Positions 1-11,609 are shown, counted from the first letter of the stretch. The stretch is 64,000 bases of DNA from an uncultured candidate division Zixibacteria bacterium (GCA_963806185.1 CAWDXE010000007.1:896001-960000), one strand, 5' to 3'. A program made the numbers and translations. Notes: generated by a model not told the origin, from the letters alone.

Positions 1-994
1 ATCCGGGCCCAGGGCGTCGTAGTTGACGCGCGGCTGGAGCGGGGCCGTGGTCCGGTGGCTACCGTGTTGATACAGAAGGGAACCTGCCGGATCGGCGATC
101 CGATCGTGGCGGGCCTGCACAGCGGCCGCATCCGGACGTTGACGAATGATCGCGATCAGCGGCTGGATCTGGCGATGCCGTCGACGCCGGTGCAGATTAC
201 CGGTCTGGTCGGGTGTTCCGGCGGCCGGAGACACGTTCCTGGCGGTGAAAGACGACCAGGAGGCCAAGGAGATCACGCTCAAACGGGGTCAGCTCAAACG
301 TGAGTATGATGCCCGCCGGCCGCAGGGCGGCGTGACGCTGGAGCGCATTTTCGATCAGATCCAGGAGGGTCAGATCAAGGAGGTGCGCATGGTGATCAAG
401 GCGGACGTGGACGGTTCGGTAGGTGTGTTGTCTGATACGCTGGGCAAGATCCAGACCGCCGAGGTGAAGACGAACATCATCCGTCAGGGTGTGGGCGCCA
501 TCACCGAGTCGGACGTGCTTCTGGCGGCGGCGTCGGACGCGATCATCATCGGATTCCAGGTCGGGGCCGACACGCGGGCGCGCGAAGTGGCGCGTCGCGA
601 GAAGGTCGACATGCGCTTCTACGACATCATTTACGAGGCCGAAGAAGACGTGCGGAAGGCGCTGGAAGGTCTGTTGACGCCAACGCAGGAAGAGAAGTTT
701 GTCGGCATGGCCGAGGTGCGGAATACCTTCCGCGTGCCGAAAGCCGGCGTAATTGCCGGTTGTTATGTGAAGGAAGGGCGCATCAATCGCAAGGACAAAG
801 TGCGGCTGATGCGTGACGGCAAGCTGGTTTATACCGGCATCGTATCCTCGCTGAAGCGGTTCAAAGACGACGCCCGCGAGGTAAAGGAAGGATTCGAGTG
901 CGGGATAGGCATAGAGAATTTCAACGACATCAAGGTCGGCGATCAGATCGAGGCATTTGAAATCGTTGAAGTGGCCCGCACGCTCTCGACTTGA
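1..994 (+). CDS. infB: Translation initiation factor IF-2, 3' part (5'-truncated by the window; one apparent +1 indel near 208)
   Basis: ORF 55..303 reads ATVLIQKGT..GDPIVAG..PSTPVQITGL. It continues in ORF 146..994 as GVPAAGD..IKADVDGS..VGAITESDVLLA..SLKRFKDDAREVKEGFECGI. The gene lies upstream of rbfA. Confidence 0.96.
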
Positions 995-1059
995 ACAAGG
1001 ACATATCGACAGGGCTGCCTTGCGACACCGGGCGCCATCGACAGACTGTTGCAGGAAGG

Positions 1060-1425
1060 ATGGCAGCCATGAAGGGGTATAAACGATCAGATCGTCTCGG
1101 CGAGCAGATGTTGCGCGACATTTCGCAACTGCTCGACGCCGAGTTGAAGGATAATCTCTCGGGATTGGTGACGTTTACGGCGGTCCGGCTGACCGACGAT
1201 CTTCGTACCGCGAAGGTGTACTACTCGTATCTCGGTGATGAGAAGATGCGGGACAAGGTGGCCGCGTATCTTGATTCGGTGAAGAAGCGCGTGCGCGGCG
1301 AAGTAGGACGGCACATGAAAGTGCGCCACATACCGGAGTTAGTTTTTGCGTTTGATCCGTCGATCGAGCGAGGGATCAGGATAGAGCAATTGCTCAATGA
1401 GATCAACAAGGAACCAAAGCAGTAG
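1060..1425 (+). CDS. rbfA: Ribosome-binding factor A (start 1060 or 1069)
   Basis: Motifs KRSDRLGEQM, VRLTDDLRTAKVY and RHIPELVFAFDPSIERG; canonical position after infB. Confidence 0.95.
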   Translation: MAAMKGYKRSDRLGEQMLRDISQLLDAELKDNLSGLVTFTAVRLTDDLRTAKVYYSYLGDEKMRDKVAAYLDSVKKRVRGEVGRHMKVRHIPELVFAFDPSIERGIRIEQLLNEINKEPKQ

Positions 1426-1426
1426 T

Positions 1427-2425
1427 TTGTTGCGGGAAACAAGTCAGCCGCCGGCGCAGGAGATTCGTTCGCTGATCGAGGCGGCAAAGATCGTGTTGGT
1501 GGTATCGCATATCGATCCGGACGGCGACGCGCTGGGGACAACGCTGGCGTTTGGACAGTATTTGAAGGATATCGGCAAGACGGTGTACATGGTGCGCGAT
1601 TCGATGATCCCGGACAAGTACCGGTTTCTGCCGGGCGCACAGGATCTGCCGATGGCGAAGACGTATTTTGACGCGCCGCGTCCCGACGTGGCCGTGATTC
1701 TGGAGTGCCCGACTCTGTCGCGGATGGGGTCGGCCAGCAAGCTTCTGGGGGAGCAGACGACACTCATCAATATCGACCATCACCGGGACAACGGCGAATT
1801 CGGCCGGGTCAACTGGATCGACGTGACGTCGTCGTCGGTTGGACAGATGGTGTACGAGTATTTTGAGCAGGTGGGGTACGAATTGTCCGAAGCGACGGCG
1901 ACAAACCTGTATGCGGCGCTCCTGACCGATACGGGACGTTTTCGTTACGGTACGACCACCGCGCGGACGTTTGCGATCGCCAGTGAATTGGTGCGGCGGG
2001 GAGCCGACGTACGCGATGTTTGTGACAAGATTTATTATAGTCGGCAACCGTCGGCAATGAAATTGACCGGCAAGGTGCTGAGCAGCCTCGAGTATCATCT
2101 GGGCGGAAAGATATGCCTGCTTTTCCTGACGAAGGAGATGCTGGCGACATCGAAGGCGCACGAGTCGGAGTCGGACGGTCTGGTGGATTTTACCCTGTAT
2201 ACCAAGGGGGTGGTCACCGGAGCACTGCTTAAGGAGGTCGACGAGGAGCGGACGAAAGTATCGTTCCGTTCGGCCAATGGGGTCAACGTTTCGGAGATAG
2301 CCGGGCGATTCGGCGGGGGCGGCCATTTTAATGCGGCCGGTTGCACGATACCGATGGGGATGCCGGAGGCACGTGCGGAGGTCATCAAGATTCTTACTGA
2401 GGCATATCATGCGTTGGGACGATAG
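1427..2425 (+). CDS. nrnA: DHH/DHHA1 phosphoesterase (NrnA-like nanoRNase/pAp phosphatase); start uncertain
   Basis: Motifs SHIDPDGDALG, NIDHH, DTGRF, SFRS and GGGHFNAAG; rbfA-DHH-truB synteny. Confidence 0.88.
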   Translation: MLRETSQPPAQEIRSLIEAAKIVLVVSHIDPDGDALGTTLAFGQYLKDIGKTVYMVRDSMIPDKYRFLPGAQDLPMAKTYFDAPRPDVAVILECPTLSRMGSASKLLGEQTTLINIDHHRDNGEFGRVNWIDVTSSSVGQMVYEYFEQVGYELSEATATNLYAALLTDTGRFRYGTTTARTFAIASELVRRGADVRDVCDKIYYSRQPSAMKLTGKVLSSLEYHLGGKICLLFLTKEMLATSKAHESESDGLVDFTLYTKGVVTGALLKEVDEERTKVSFRSANGVNVSEIAGRFGGGGHFNAAGCTIPMGMPEARAEVIKILTEAYHALGR

Positions 2426-3356
2426 ATACCACGGCCTGCTGCTCATGCACAAGCCGATCGGGTGGTCGAGCCACGATCTCGTGGCGAAGGTGCGCGGGAT
2501 CACCGGGCAGCGGTCGATTGGTCATACCGGGACACTGGATCCGTTGGCCGACGGATTGCTGATCCTTTGCCTGGGCAAGGCAACGCGGCTGGCGCAGTTC
2601 ATGGAAGCACTCGACAAGACGTATGTCGCGAAGGTGCGACTGGGTATAACGTCGAGTACGTTTGACGCGGAGGGGATTTCTCCCGACACGGCGCCAAACG
2701 AGATTCCGGCGTTGGACCGTGAGTCACTGGAAGGCGTGCTGGGGCAATTCGTGGGTGAGTTGCGTCAGCAGGTGCCGGCCTTTTCCGCAGTGCAGGTGAA
2801 TGGTCGCCGGTTATACGAGATGGCGCGACGGGGCGAACGAATTGACGTACCAACGCGATCGATAAATATCTCGCGCATAGAGCTTGTCGAGTATACCGAG
2901 CCGGACCTGACGATCGAGGTATCCTGTTCCAAAGGGACGTATATACGCGCACTGGCTCACGACATCGGCCAGGCGCTGGGCTGCGGGGCGTATCTGGCCG
3001 GGTTGACACGGACCCGGATCGGCGGCTACACACTGGACAATGCGCTTACCTGGGAGGAGTTGGACCGGCTCAGCGATGCTGAGGCGATACATCAATTGCT
3101 GGTGCCGCTCGCTGACGTGCTGGCATTCAGTTCGATTCACGTGACCGATCAGTTCTGCGCGATGGTGTCGCACGGAAGGTCGCCGGCCTCGAACGACGTG
3201 CAGACAGTGAGTGGATCATTTCGACCGGGCGACCGAGTGACCATCAAAAATGCGCAGGGGGAACTGCTGGCCGTGGGGACAGCGCGGGTGAGTTCCGACG
3301 ACATGGACCGGCTGTCGCCTCAGCCATTGATTGACTACGTGAGAGTGCTGGCATGA
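2409..3356 (+). CDS. truB: tRNA pseudouridine(55) synthase
   Basis: Motifs KPIGWSSHD, GHTGTLDPLADG, QVPAFSA and CSKGTYIRALAHDIG. Confidence 0.96.
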   Translation: MRWDDRYHGLLLMHKPIGWSSHDLVAKVRGITGQRSIGHTGTLDPLADGLLILCLGKATRLAQFMEALDKTYVAKVRLGITSSTFDAEGISPDTAPNEIPALDRESLEGVLGQFVGELRQQVPAFSAVQVNGRRLYEMARRGERIDVPTRSINISRIELVEYTEPDLTIEVSCSKGTYIRALAHDIGQALGCGAYLAGLTRTRIGGYTLDNALTWEELDRLSDAEAIHQLLVPLADVLAFSSIHVTDQFCAMVSHGRSPASNDVQTVSGSFRPGDRVTIKNAQGELLAVGTARVSSDDMDRLSPQPLIDYVRVLA

Positions 3357-4309
3357 CCACGCGTTTCGTACGTGGCCTCGAGCATTTTGAGCGTACGTCC
3401 GGCGAGCGGACCGTGGTGACGATCGGCAGTTTTGACGGCCTGCACCTCGGTCATATGGAAATTCTTCGACGGGTGCACGACGAAGCGGCGCGAATGGGTT
3501 TGCAGTGCGTGCTGGTGACGTTTCATCCGCACCCGCGCCAGGTGGTGAATCCAGGGCAGGCGCCACAACTGCTGACGACGGTTGAGGAGAAGGAAATCTT
3601 TCTGCCGCGGCACTTTGACGGTGACGTGGTGGTGTTGACGTTTGACGAGCGGTTGAAGAATCTGACGGCCGAGGAGTTTGTCCGGAGTATTCTGGTGGAC
3701 CGGATAGGGGTAAAGAAGCTGATTGTCGGCTATGATCACGCGTTCGGCAGGAATCGCAGCGGTACGGTGGCCGAGCTGGAGCGACTGGGAAAATTGCTTG
3801 ATTACGACGTGGAAGTGGTCGGTCCGGTGATCTGTGACGGGCATCCGGTTTCGTCCACGCGCATACGCAAGGCGCTGACGGACGGAAAAGCGCTGGAGGA
3901 GGGCCTGCACATGCTCGGCCACGATTACGCGATAGTCGGCACGGTGGTGCGAGGAATGGGCCTGGGGCGCAAGCTGGGGTATCCGACGGCCAACGTGCGG
4001 TATTATGACAACAAGCTGCTTCCGGAAATGGGCGTGTACGCCTGCCGGGTGCAGGTGGCCGGGCTGGAGCGAGCGGGGATGATGTTTATCGGGGTGAATC
4101 ATTTCAATCCGGCGGAGAGCTTCACGGTGGAGGCAAACCTGTTCGATTTTGATCAGGACATCTACGATGAGCGGATCATCGTGTATCCCACGAAGTATAT
4201 CCGCGAGAGCCGGCGCTTTCTCACGACCGATGCGCTGGTGGTACAGATGGGTGAAGACAAGAAGAATGTTTGGAATTACGTACATAAAGGAGAAAGAGCA
4301 TGTCAGTAA
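3353..4309 (+). CDS. ribF: Bifunctional riboflavin kinase/FAD synthetase
   Basis: Motifs [23 protein letters not shown] and [10 protein letters not shown]. Confidence 0.96.
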   Translation: MTTRFVRGLEHFERTSGERTVVTIGSFDGLHLGHMEILRRVHDEAARMGLQCVLVTFHPHPRQVVNPGQAPQLLTTVEEKEIFLPRHFDGDVVVLTFDERLKNLTAEEFVRSILVDRIGVKKLIVGYDHAFGRNRSGTVAELERLGKLLDYDVEVVGPVICDGHPVSSTRIRKALTDGKALEEGLHMLGHDYAIVGTVVRGMGLGRKLGYPTANVRYYDNKLLPEMGVYACRVQVAGLERAGMMFIGVNHFNPAESFTVEANLFDFDQDIYDERIIVYPTKYIRESRRFLTTDALVVQMGEDKKNVWNYVHKGERACQ

Positions 4310-4569
4310 CGAGAGATCAGAAGGCGGCGATCATTCTGTCGCGTCGTCTTCATGACAGCGACACGGGTTCGCCGGAGGTTCAGATCGGCCTTTTGACGGA
4401 GCGGATCAATCATTTGACGGAACACATGAAATCGCACCCGAAGGACTTTCACAGCCGTCACGGCCTGTTGAAAATGGTGGGTCAGCGGCGCCGCCTGTTG
4501 GATTATTTGAAGGATCGGGATATCGAAGGGTATCGCGATATCGTAGGCCAACTGGGCTTGAGGCGATAA
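4300..4569 (+). CDS. rpsO: 30S ribosomal protein S15
   Basis: [34 protein letters not shown]; 89 aa; AAGGAG SD upstream. Confidence 0.98.
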   Translation: MSVTRDQKAAIILSRRLHDSDTGSPEVQIGLLTERINHLTEHMKSHPKDFHSRHGLLKMVGQRRRLLDYLKDRDIEGYRDIVGQLGLRR

Positions 4570-4589
4570 CGGAAAAGAGAGGACAAAGA

Positions 4590-6784
4590 ATGGTTCACAA
4601 AGTTGAACTGGAAATAGGTGGCCGACTGCTCACGATTGAGACCGGCAAGATGGCCAAGCAGGCCAACGGCGCGGTGATGGTTCGCTATGCCGATTCGATG
4701 GTGATTTCGACGGTATGCGCGACGCCCGAGCCGCGCGAAGGACAGGATTTCTTCCCGTTGACGGTTGAGTACCGGGAGAAATCGTATGCCGCGGGAAAGA
4801 TTCCCGGCGGATTTTTCAAACGCGAAGGGCGGCCGTCGGAGAAGGAAATCCTGTCGGCGCGTATTATCGATCGCCCGATCCGCCCGCTGTTCCCCGAGGA
4901 TTTCAAGGGGGATACGCAGTGTATCACATACGTCGTATCGCACGATCAGCAGAATGACACGGATATTCTCGGACTGATCGGCACGGCGGCGTCGCTGGCT
5001 ATTTCCGATGTGCCGTTCCAGCATATTCTCGCCGGAGTGCGTGTGGGACGAATTGACGGGCAGTTGGTGATCAACCCGTTGATCCCGCAGATGGACGAGT
5101 GTGACATTTACCTGACGATCGCCGGAACTGCGGACAGTATCTCGATGGTCGAAGGGGGCGGTCGCGAGATATTGGAAGATGATCTCGTCAAGGCGATGGC
5201 CTTCGGACACGACCATATCAAGCAGATCATGCGCAAAGATCGACGAGCTGGTGAAATTGGCCGGCAAGCCGAAATTCGAATACACGCCGGTCGCACAGGA
5301 TGCAGCGCTGGTAGCGCAGGGTCCGCGAGACTGGTGGGTGGTCGCCTGTCGGAATTCAATCATATTGCCGACAAGGACACGCGCCGGACCAAGAAGAAGG
5401 AGATGGAAAAGGAGCTCGCGGCGACGCTGGCAAACCGACTTTCCCGGAGCAGGGAAGAGCAATCGGCCAGGCGATTCACGATCTCGATTCCGAAGCGATG
5501 CGGAGCATGATTCTCAAGGAGAAGAAGCGCATCGACGGACGTGGACCGGATGAGATTCGCGAAATCACCTGCGAGGTCGGCGTGCTTGCCGCGCGCCCAC
5601 GGTTCGGCGCTGTTTACGCGCGGTCAGACGCAGGCGCTGGTGGCGGTGACGCTCGGCACCAAGATCGACGAGCAGCGGCTGGACGAGCTGGAAGGCGAGT
5701 CGACCAAGAGCTACATGCTGCATTACAACTTTCCGCCATTCTCGCACCGGAGAGACCAAGCCGATCCGAGGCACGAGCCGCCGGGAAATCGGTCATGGTA
5801 ACCTGGCCGAGCGGGCGCTGCTGCCGGTGATTCCGAACGAGACCAGCTTCCCGTACACGGTGCGGGTGGTGTCGGACATCATGGAGTCCAACGGTTCGTC
5901 GTCGATGGCGTCGGTCTGCGGCGCTTCGCTGTCGCTTCATGGACGCCGGCGTACCGATCAAGACGGCTATCGCGGGTATCGCGATGGGCTTGATCATGTC
6001 GACGGTCAGACGACGAAACAGGGTGTGACCGTACTGACCGATATTCTCGGCGACGAGGATCATTTCGGCGACATGGACTTCAAGGTGGCCGGTTCGAAAG
6101 ACGGCATTACGGCCGATACAGATGGATATCAAGATCAACGGGTCTGGATCTCGAGACGATGCGGATGGCGCTGGAACGGGCGCGGGTGGCGCGACTTCAT
6201 ATTCTGGGCATTATGAATGCCACGATTTCGCGTCATCGCGATCAGCTCTCGGAGTTCGCACCGCGGATTACTCACCATCAAGATCAATCCGTCGAAGATC
6301 GGCGAGGTCATTGGCCCCGGCGGCAAGATCATCCGCGCGATTGTCGAGGAGACCGGCGCGAAGATCGACATCAATGATGACGGCACGGTGCTCATCGCGT
6401 CGGTTTCGGCCGAGGCCGGGCGGGCGGCGCTGGCACGCATTGAGGCGATCGTCGAAGAGCCGGAAATCGGCCGGACGTACAACGGAATCGTTCGTCGCAC
6501 GACTGACTTCGGCGCGTTTGTCGAGATCATTCCCGGGCACCGACGGCCTGGTGCACATCTCCGAGCTGGACACGCAGCGGGTGCGCAAGGTCGAGGATAT
6601 CTGCCGGGTCGGTGACCGGATGGACGTCAAGGTCATCAATATCGACGACGACGGCAAGGTCCGGCTGTCGCGCAAGGCGCTTCTATCCGCGAGCAACGCG
6701 GGCCAACCTTCGGGCAACGGTGGCGACGATCGCGACGAGCAATCGTCGGACTCCCGTGAACGAGGGCCGCGCAATCGTGATTAG
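4590..6784 (+). CDS. pnp: Polyribonucleotide nucleotidyltransferase, broken by about 12 single-base indels (probably sequencing errors)
   Basis: Motifs [74 protein letters not shown] (IGPGGKIIR) and S1 (DGLVHISE) are spread over alternating frames; follows rpsO. Confidence 0.95.
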
Positions 6785-6802
6785 AAAGGCGGCTTGACAG
6801 GG

Positions 6803-8089
6803 ATGGCCAAGACCGTAAGCAAAGTGACAGGTGACGGGAAGTACCAGAAAACGGTACTTCCCAACGGTATTCGGGTACTCACGGAAACCATGCCGGCCGT
6901 GCGTTCGATTTCGATCGGCGTATGGGTGGATTGTGGTTCCCGCAATGAGTCGCTCGAAGAGGCCGGCCTGTCGCACTTCATCGAACATATGGTTTTCAAA
7001 GGGACCCGGCGGCGGTCGGCGAAGCAGATTGCCGACTCGCTGGAGTCGGTGGGCGGGTCGCTCAATGCGTTTACGTCGCGCGAGCAGACCTGCTTCACGG
7101 CCCGGGTGCTGGATGAATATCTCATTGATGCCATTGACGTACTGGCCGATCTAACGTGCCATGCGACGTTCAGCAAGGTAAATATGGATCGCGAGCGCCA
7201 GGTGATTTGCGAGGAAATCAAAGAATCACTGGACAATCCGGCGGATTATATTCACGATCTTTTTGCGCATGCCTTCTGGGGTGGGACCCACTCGCTGGGG
7301 CTGCCGATCATGGGCACACGGCAATCGATCATGAAGATGCCGCGCGGTCGGATGCTTGAGTATCGCGAACGGAATTACCGGGCCGGATCGGTGGTGGTGG
7401 CGGCGGCGGGGGCTATTTCGCACGCAAAGCTGGTAAAGTTGGTTACTCAGCACTTTTCATTTGAGCCCGGGTTAGTACCGGAGCCGGTCAAAGCGGTGCG
7501 GATGTTTGACAGCCGCATCAGCATTCGCGAAGATGACAATTCGCAAACGCACTTCTGCCTGGGCTTCAGCGGCCTTCCGTACGGCGATAAGCGACGGATG
7601 GCGGTGGTGGCGCTGAATACCTATTTGGGCGGCGGGATGTCGTCGGTATTGTTCCAGAAAATCCGCGAGGATCGCGGGCTGGCGTATTCGGTGTATTCGT
7701 ATCACGATTTCTATCGTGACGCGGGTGTCTTTGCCACTTACCTGGGGACGGACAAGACACATCTTGAGCAGGCCTACGCAGTTATCATTGCCGAATGCCG
7801 GAAGATGAAGCGCAAGAAACTGCCATTGTCGGTGCTGGAGAAGGTCAAGGCGCAGATCAAGGGACATATGTCACTTGGGCTGGAGTCGACATCGAGTCAC
7901 ATGAACCGGATTGCTCGACTGGAGATCATGCTGGGGAAATTCTTCACGCTGCGCGAGTCACTGCGCGATGTCGATAAGGTAACCTCGCGAGATATTCTCG
8001 AGGTGGCGAACGAGATTTTTGACGAGCGTAGTATGGCGATTGCCGTGCTCGGGCCGGTGAGCAAGGGGCTGTTTACCCATGCGGCGTGA
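6803..8089 (+). CDS. M16 family (pitrilysin-like) zinc peptidase
   Basis: Inverted zinc motif HFIEH, plus LNAFTSRE and GGGMSSVLFQKIREDRGLAYSV; usual neighbour of pnp. Confidence 0.92.
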   Translation: MAKTVSKVTGDGKYQKTVLPNGIRVLTETMPAVRSISIGVWVDCGSRNESLEEAGLSHFIEHMVFKGTRRRSAKQIADSLESVGGSLNAFTSREQTCFTARVLDEYLIDAIDVLADLTCHATFSKVNMDRERQVICEEIKESLDNPADYIHDLFAHAFWGGTHSLGLPIMGTRQSIMKMPRGRMLEYRERNYRAGSVVVAAAGAISHAKLVKLVTQHFSFEPGLVPEPVKAVRMFDSRISIREDDNSQTHFCLGFSGLPYGDKRRMAVVALNTYLGGGMSSVLFQKIREDRGLAYSVYSYHDFYRDAGVFATYLGTDKTHLEQAYAVIIAECRKMKRKKLPLSVLEKVKAQIKGHMSLGLESTSSHMNRIARLEIMLGKFFTLRESLRDVDKVTSRDILEVANEIFDERSMAIAVLGPVSKGLFTHAA

Positions 8090-8882
8090 GCCGTCAGCAG
8101 AACCGTCGGTACCGCTCATTCTCTCGTTTCACCAGATTCACGATCGGTTCTCATTCGGCGTCACCAATTACTCTCCAAGGCGATTTTTCGACCTGCTTTC
8201 CTTTATTAAGGGGAGCGGGTTTTCGTTTGTGTCGGTGGAAGACATCATGACAAGGCCCGGAGCGGATCGGGTGGCGATAACCTTTGACGACGGGTACCAG
8301 CACCTGACGCAGATTATTCCTCGAGCGATGGATGAGTTTGGTGTGAGGCCGACGATATTCGTGCCGACGGCGTACATCGGCCGCGGCAACGCGTGGGATT
8401 ACAGTCACCGGTTTCACCCGTTGCATCATCTCAATGAAGGCGAGATCCGGCAATTGGTCAGGACAGGCGTTGAGATCGGATCGCACGGGCACAGCCACTT
8501 GTCGCTGGTGGGGCTGGATACCGAAGAGCTGGAGCGAGAGTTGGTGCGTTCGAAACAGGGGTTGGAGGAACTAACGGGGACATCGGTGCACGCAATCGGC
8601 TATCCGTTTGGGCGGGTCGATCAACAGGTCCGGAGAGCGGCTCGAGACGCAGGCTACAGATATGGATTCACGATGGCGCACCCAACGACGAGCGATGATG
8701 CGATGGCGACCGGACGAATTGCCGTGTACGTATTTGATACACCGCTCGTGGTGCTGAGACGATTGAGAAGGGGACCGTGGGCGGAGATCGAGCGGGTAAA
8801 GGCGAAGATCGTCAACAGCCTGGCGGGGGGCACAATCTTATTGGACCGTATCAAGGGGAGACGAGCGGCCGGGCACCGGTAG
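8079..8882 (+). CDS. Polysaccharide deacetylase family (CE4/NodB-like) protein
   Basis: Motifs ITFDDG, GSHGHSH and GYPFG. Confidence 0.85.
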   Translation: MRREPSAEPSVPLILSFHQIHDRFSFGVTNYSPRRFFDLLSFIKGSGFSFVSVEDIMTRPGADRVAITFDDGYQHLTQIIPRAMDEFGVRPTIFVPTAYIGRGNAWDYSHRFHPLHHLNEGEIRQLVRTGVEIGSHGHSHLSLVGLDTEELERELVRSKQGLEELTGTSVHAIGYPFGRVDQQVRRAARDAGYRYGFTMAHPTTSDDAMATGRIAVYVFDTPLVVLRRLRRGPWAEIERVKAKIVNSLAGGTILLDRIKGRRAAGHR

Positions 8883-8890
8883 GAAAAATG

Positions 8891-8919
8891 TTGCCATCGG
8901 TGGCAGATTCGGATAGTTT
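8891..8919 (+). promoter_or_regulatory. Putative sigma70-type promoter of leuS
   Basis: TTGCCA-N17-TAGTTT in the intergenic region about 40 nt before the leuS ATG. Confidence 0.5.
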
Positions 8920-8958
8920 AGGCTCCATTATGTCTTTACCGGAGATTGGGATAGAATC

Positions 8959-11454
8959 ATGTCGCAGATAGACAAGGCACCCCGTCGATACGATTTCGCG
9001 ACGATTGAAGCGAAATGGCAGGCGAAATGGGAGACCGACGGGCTGTATCGCGCCCCGCAACATCCACCGCAAGACAACAAGTTCTACATGCTGGTGATGT
9101 TCGCCTATCCGTCGGGTGACATTCACATGGGGCATTTTCGCAACTACATCATAGGTGACGCAGTGGCCCGGTGGCAGATGATGCAGGGAAAGTCGGTGCT
9201 GCATCCGTTTGGATGGGATGCGTTTGGACTGCCGGCCGAGCGGGCAGCGATTCAACGCGGCATACCGCCGGCCGATTGGACCAATCAGAATATCGGAGTG
9301 TCGAGAAGTACACTGCAAAAAGTGGGCATCTCATTCGACTGGACGCGAGAGGTGATTACGTGCCACCCGGATTACTATAAGTTTACGCAGTGGATGTTCG
9401 TGCAGTTGTTCAAGCACGGGCTGGCCTACCGGAAGCGGGGATTCGTCAACTGGTGCCCGGAAGACAAGACGGTGCTGGCCAACGAGCAGGTCAAAGACGG
9501 TCGGTGCGAGCGGTGTGGGACCGTAGTTGAGAAGCGCGATCAGATTCAATGGACATTTAAGATTACGGCATATGCTGACCGTCTGACCGATGATCTCGAC
9601 AAGCTCTCCGGCTGGCCGGAAAATGTCAAGACGATGCAGAAGGAATGGATCGGGCGATCGTACGGCCTCGAGGTGGATTTCAAGCTTGAGGAAACCGGTG
9701 AACTGATTCCGATTTTCACGACCCGACCAGACACGATTTTTGGCGTGACGTTTATGGCGGTATCGCCCGAATCCGAATTACTGCTTAAGCTGAAACTAGA
9801 ACCGGCGTATGCCGAGAAGGTCACGGAGTACCAGAAACTGGCCGCGACGCGCACCGATATCGAGCGGGCAGCGGTCAGCCAGGACAAAGACGGTGTCTTT
9901 ACCGGTAAGTATGTGATCAATCCGTTTAACGGTGAGCGGGTCCAGCTCTGGGTGGCCGATTATGTGCTCGCCGGGTATGGTACAGGCGCGGTGATGGCAG
10001 TGCCGGCGCATGACACGCGGGATAGTGCGTTCGCGAAGAAGTACGGCATTCCGATCAAGATCGTGATTCACCCGGACGAGCATACGGTGCTGGAACTCAA
10101 GACGATGACTGAGGCCTACACGGAATATGGGCCGATGGTCAATTCGGGTCAGTTCAATGGACTCGCGGCAGAGAAAGCAATTGATGCGGTAAGCGACTTC
10201 GCTGAAAAGCAGGGGTTTGGGCGAAGAAAGGTCCAGTACAAGTTGAAGGATTGGTCAGTCTCGCGGCAACGATACTGGGGGGCGCCGATTCCGATTATTC
10301 ATTGTCCGAAGTGCGGCCTCGTGCCGGTACCCGAAAGTGACTTGCCTGTGCTGCTGCCAAAGACCGACAACTATATGCCCAAGGGAAGATCGCCGCTGGC
10401 CGATGTTGCCGAATACATGCGCGTGAAGTGCCCGAGCTGTGGGGGAGAGGCGGAGCGGGATCCGGACACGATGGATACGTTTGTGGACTCGTCGTGGTAC
10501 CATTTGCGGTATGCGGACGCTGAGAATGCAGATAAGCCGTTCGATCCGCAAATGGCCAAGGAGTGGCTGCCGATAGACTTATATGTGGGCGGGATCACTC
10601 ATGCGACGGGTCATTTGCTCTATTTTCGGTTCTTTACCAAGTTTCTGAAAGATATCGGGTGGCTGACCTTTGATGAGCCGGCCACGCGGTTGTTCAACCA
10701 TGGGATGGTCATGGACTCGCAGGGGCGGGTGATGTCGAAGTCACTGGGGAATGTCGTCTCGCCGATCGCGGTCATGAAGGAGCGCGGAACGGATGTGGCA
10801 CGGCTGGGGATGTATTTCACGGCGCCGTCGGAAAAGGAAGTTCTCTGGACTAATGATGTTCTGACCGGGGTTGAAAAATTTCTGTTGAACAAGCTGTATC
10901 CGATCGTAAAGGATTATCGGGGTTCAAAGCCGGACTTAAAGCGATACTTTAACCAGGCCGAACTGAGCGAATACGAACGGTCGATCTATATCAAGTTGAA
11001 TCAGACGGTCAAACGGGTCAGCGACGGATTTGAGCGGCTTCAGTTTAACACGGCAATTTCGGCGCTCATGGAGCTGGCCAGGGATTTCGAGACCGACAAG
11101 ATCAGCAACGACCAGTTGAACGATCAGATTGTGCTCAAGATCATTCAAATGGCTGCGCCGATGACGCCACATACGTCGGAAGAACTCTGGGAAGCGGCGA
11201 GATTCACGGATTCGGTGTTTAAGTCGAGCTGGCCGACGTATGATCCAAGCGCCATTGTCGGCGACGAGATCGAGATAGCGGTGCAGGTTAATGGGAAGCT
11301 ACGGGATTTGGTCAAGGTTGCGGCGGATGCCGACCAAGATGCGGTAGAAAAAGCAGCGATGGCGAGCCAGAAAGTGCAGAGTCAGCTGGACGGGAAGCAG
11401 ATCGTCAAGAAGATATATGTCAAGGGACGGCTGTTGAATATCGTAGTTCGGTGA
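8959..11454 (+). CDS. leuS: Leucine--tRNA ligase
   Basis: HIGH-like MFAYPSGDIHMGH, GWDAFGLPAE, editing domain FTTRPDT/GTGAVMAVPAHD, SRQRYWG and KMSKS-like VMSKSLGN. Confidence 0.98.
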   Translation: MSQIDKAPRRYDFATIEAKWQAKWETDGLYRAPQHPPQDNKFYMLVMFAYPSGDIHMGHFRNYIIGDAVARWQMMQGKSVLHPFGWDAFGLPAERAAIQRGIPPADWTNQNIGVSRSTLQKVGISFDWTREVITCHPDYYKFTQWMFVQLFKHGLAYRKRGFVNWCPEDKTVLANEQVKDGRCERCGTVVEKRDQIQWTFKITAYADRLTDDLDKLSGWPENVKTMQKEWIGRSYGLEVDFKLEETGELIPIFTTRPDTIFGVTFMAVSPESELLLKLKLEPAYAEKVTEYQKLAATRTDIERAAVSQDKDGVFTGKYVINPFNGERVQLWVADYVLAGYGTGAVMAVPAHDTRDSAFAKKYGIPIKIVIHPDEHTVLELKTMTEAYTEYGPMVNSGQFNGLAAEKAIDAVSDFAEKQGFGRRKVQYKLKDWSVSRQRYWGAPIPIIHCPKCGLVPVPESDLPVLLPKTDNYMPKGRSPLADVAEYMRVKCPSCGGEAERDPDTMDTFVDSSWYHLRYADAENADKPFDPQMAKEWLPIDLYVGGITHATGHLLYFRFFTKFLKDIGWLTFDEPATRLFNHGMVMDSQGRVMSKSLGNVVSPIAVMKERGTDVARLGMYFTAPSEKEVLWTNDVLTGVEKFLLNKLYPIVKDYRGSKPDLKRYFNQAELSEYERSIYIKLNQTVKRVSDGFERLQFNTAISALMELARDFETDKISNDQLNDQIVLKIIQMAAPMTPHTSEELWEAARFTDSVFKSSWPTYDPSAIVGDEIEIAVQVNGKLRDLVKVAADADQDAVEKAAMASQKVQSQLDGKQIVKKIYVKGRLLNIVVR

Positions 11455-11493
11455 TTCGCGTCATTATTAAGCATCATTATATAGTGAATCAGG

Positions 11494-11520
11494 AGGCCCT
11501 CGGAAATGGGGGCCTTTTCT
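11494..11520 (+). terminator. Rho-independent terminator after leuS
   Basis: AGGCCCTCG-GAAA-TGGGGGCCT stem-loop followed by TTTCT, 40 nt after the leuS stop. Confidence 0.7.
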
Positions 11521-11609
11521 GGTATGTGTAAGTTAACATAATATATCTTATGAGACGCTCCAGTGCTTGAGCGATAAGGTATCCAAGATACTTCCCCAGC
11601 AGTGACTCA

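Noticed and set aside
1403..5462. Long minus-strand ORFs (1403..2503, 3335..4285, 4503..5462)
   Set aside because: Antisense to well-supported housekeeping genes; no motifs.
4590..6784. pnp as a true pseudogene or programmed-frameshift gene
   Set aside because: Indels are numerous, insertion-biased and not at slippery sites, and they also hit the essential genes infB and argS; a sequencing artefact is more parsimonious.
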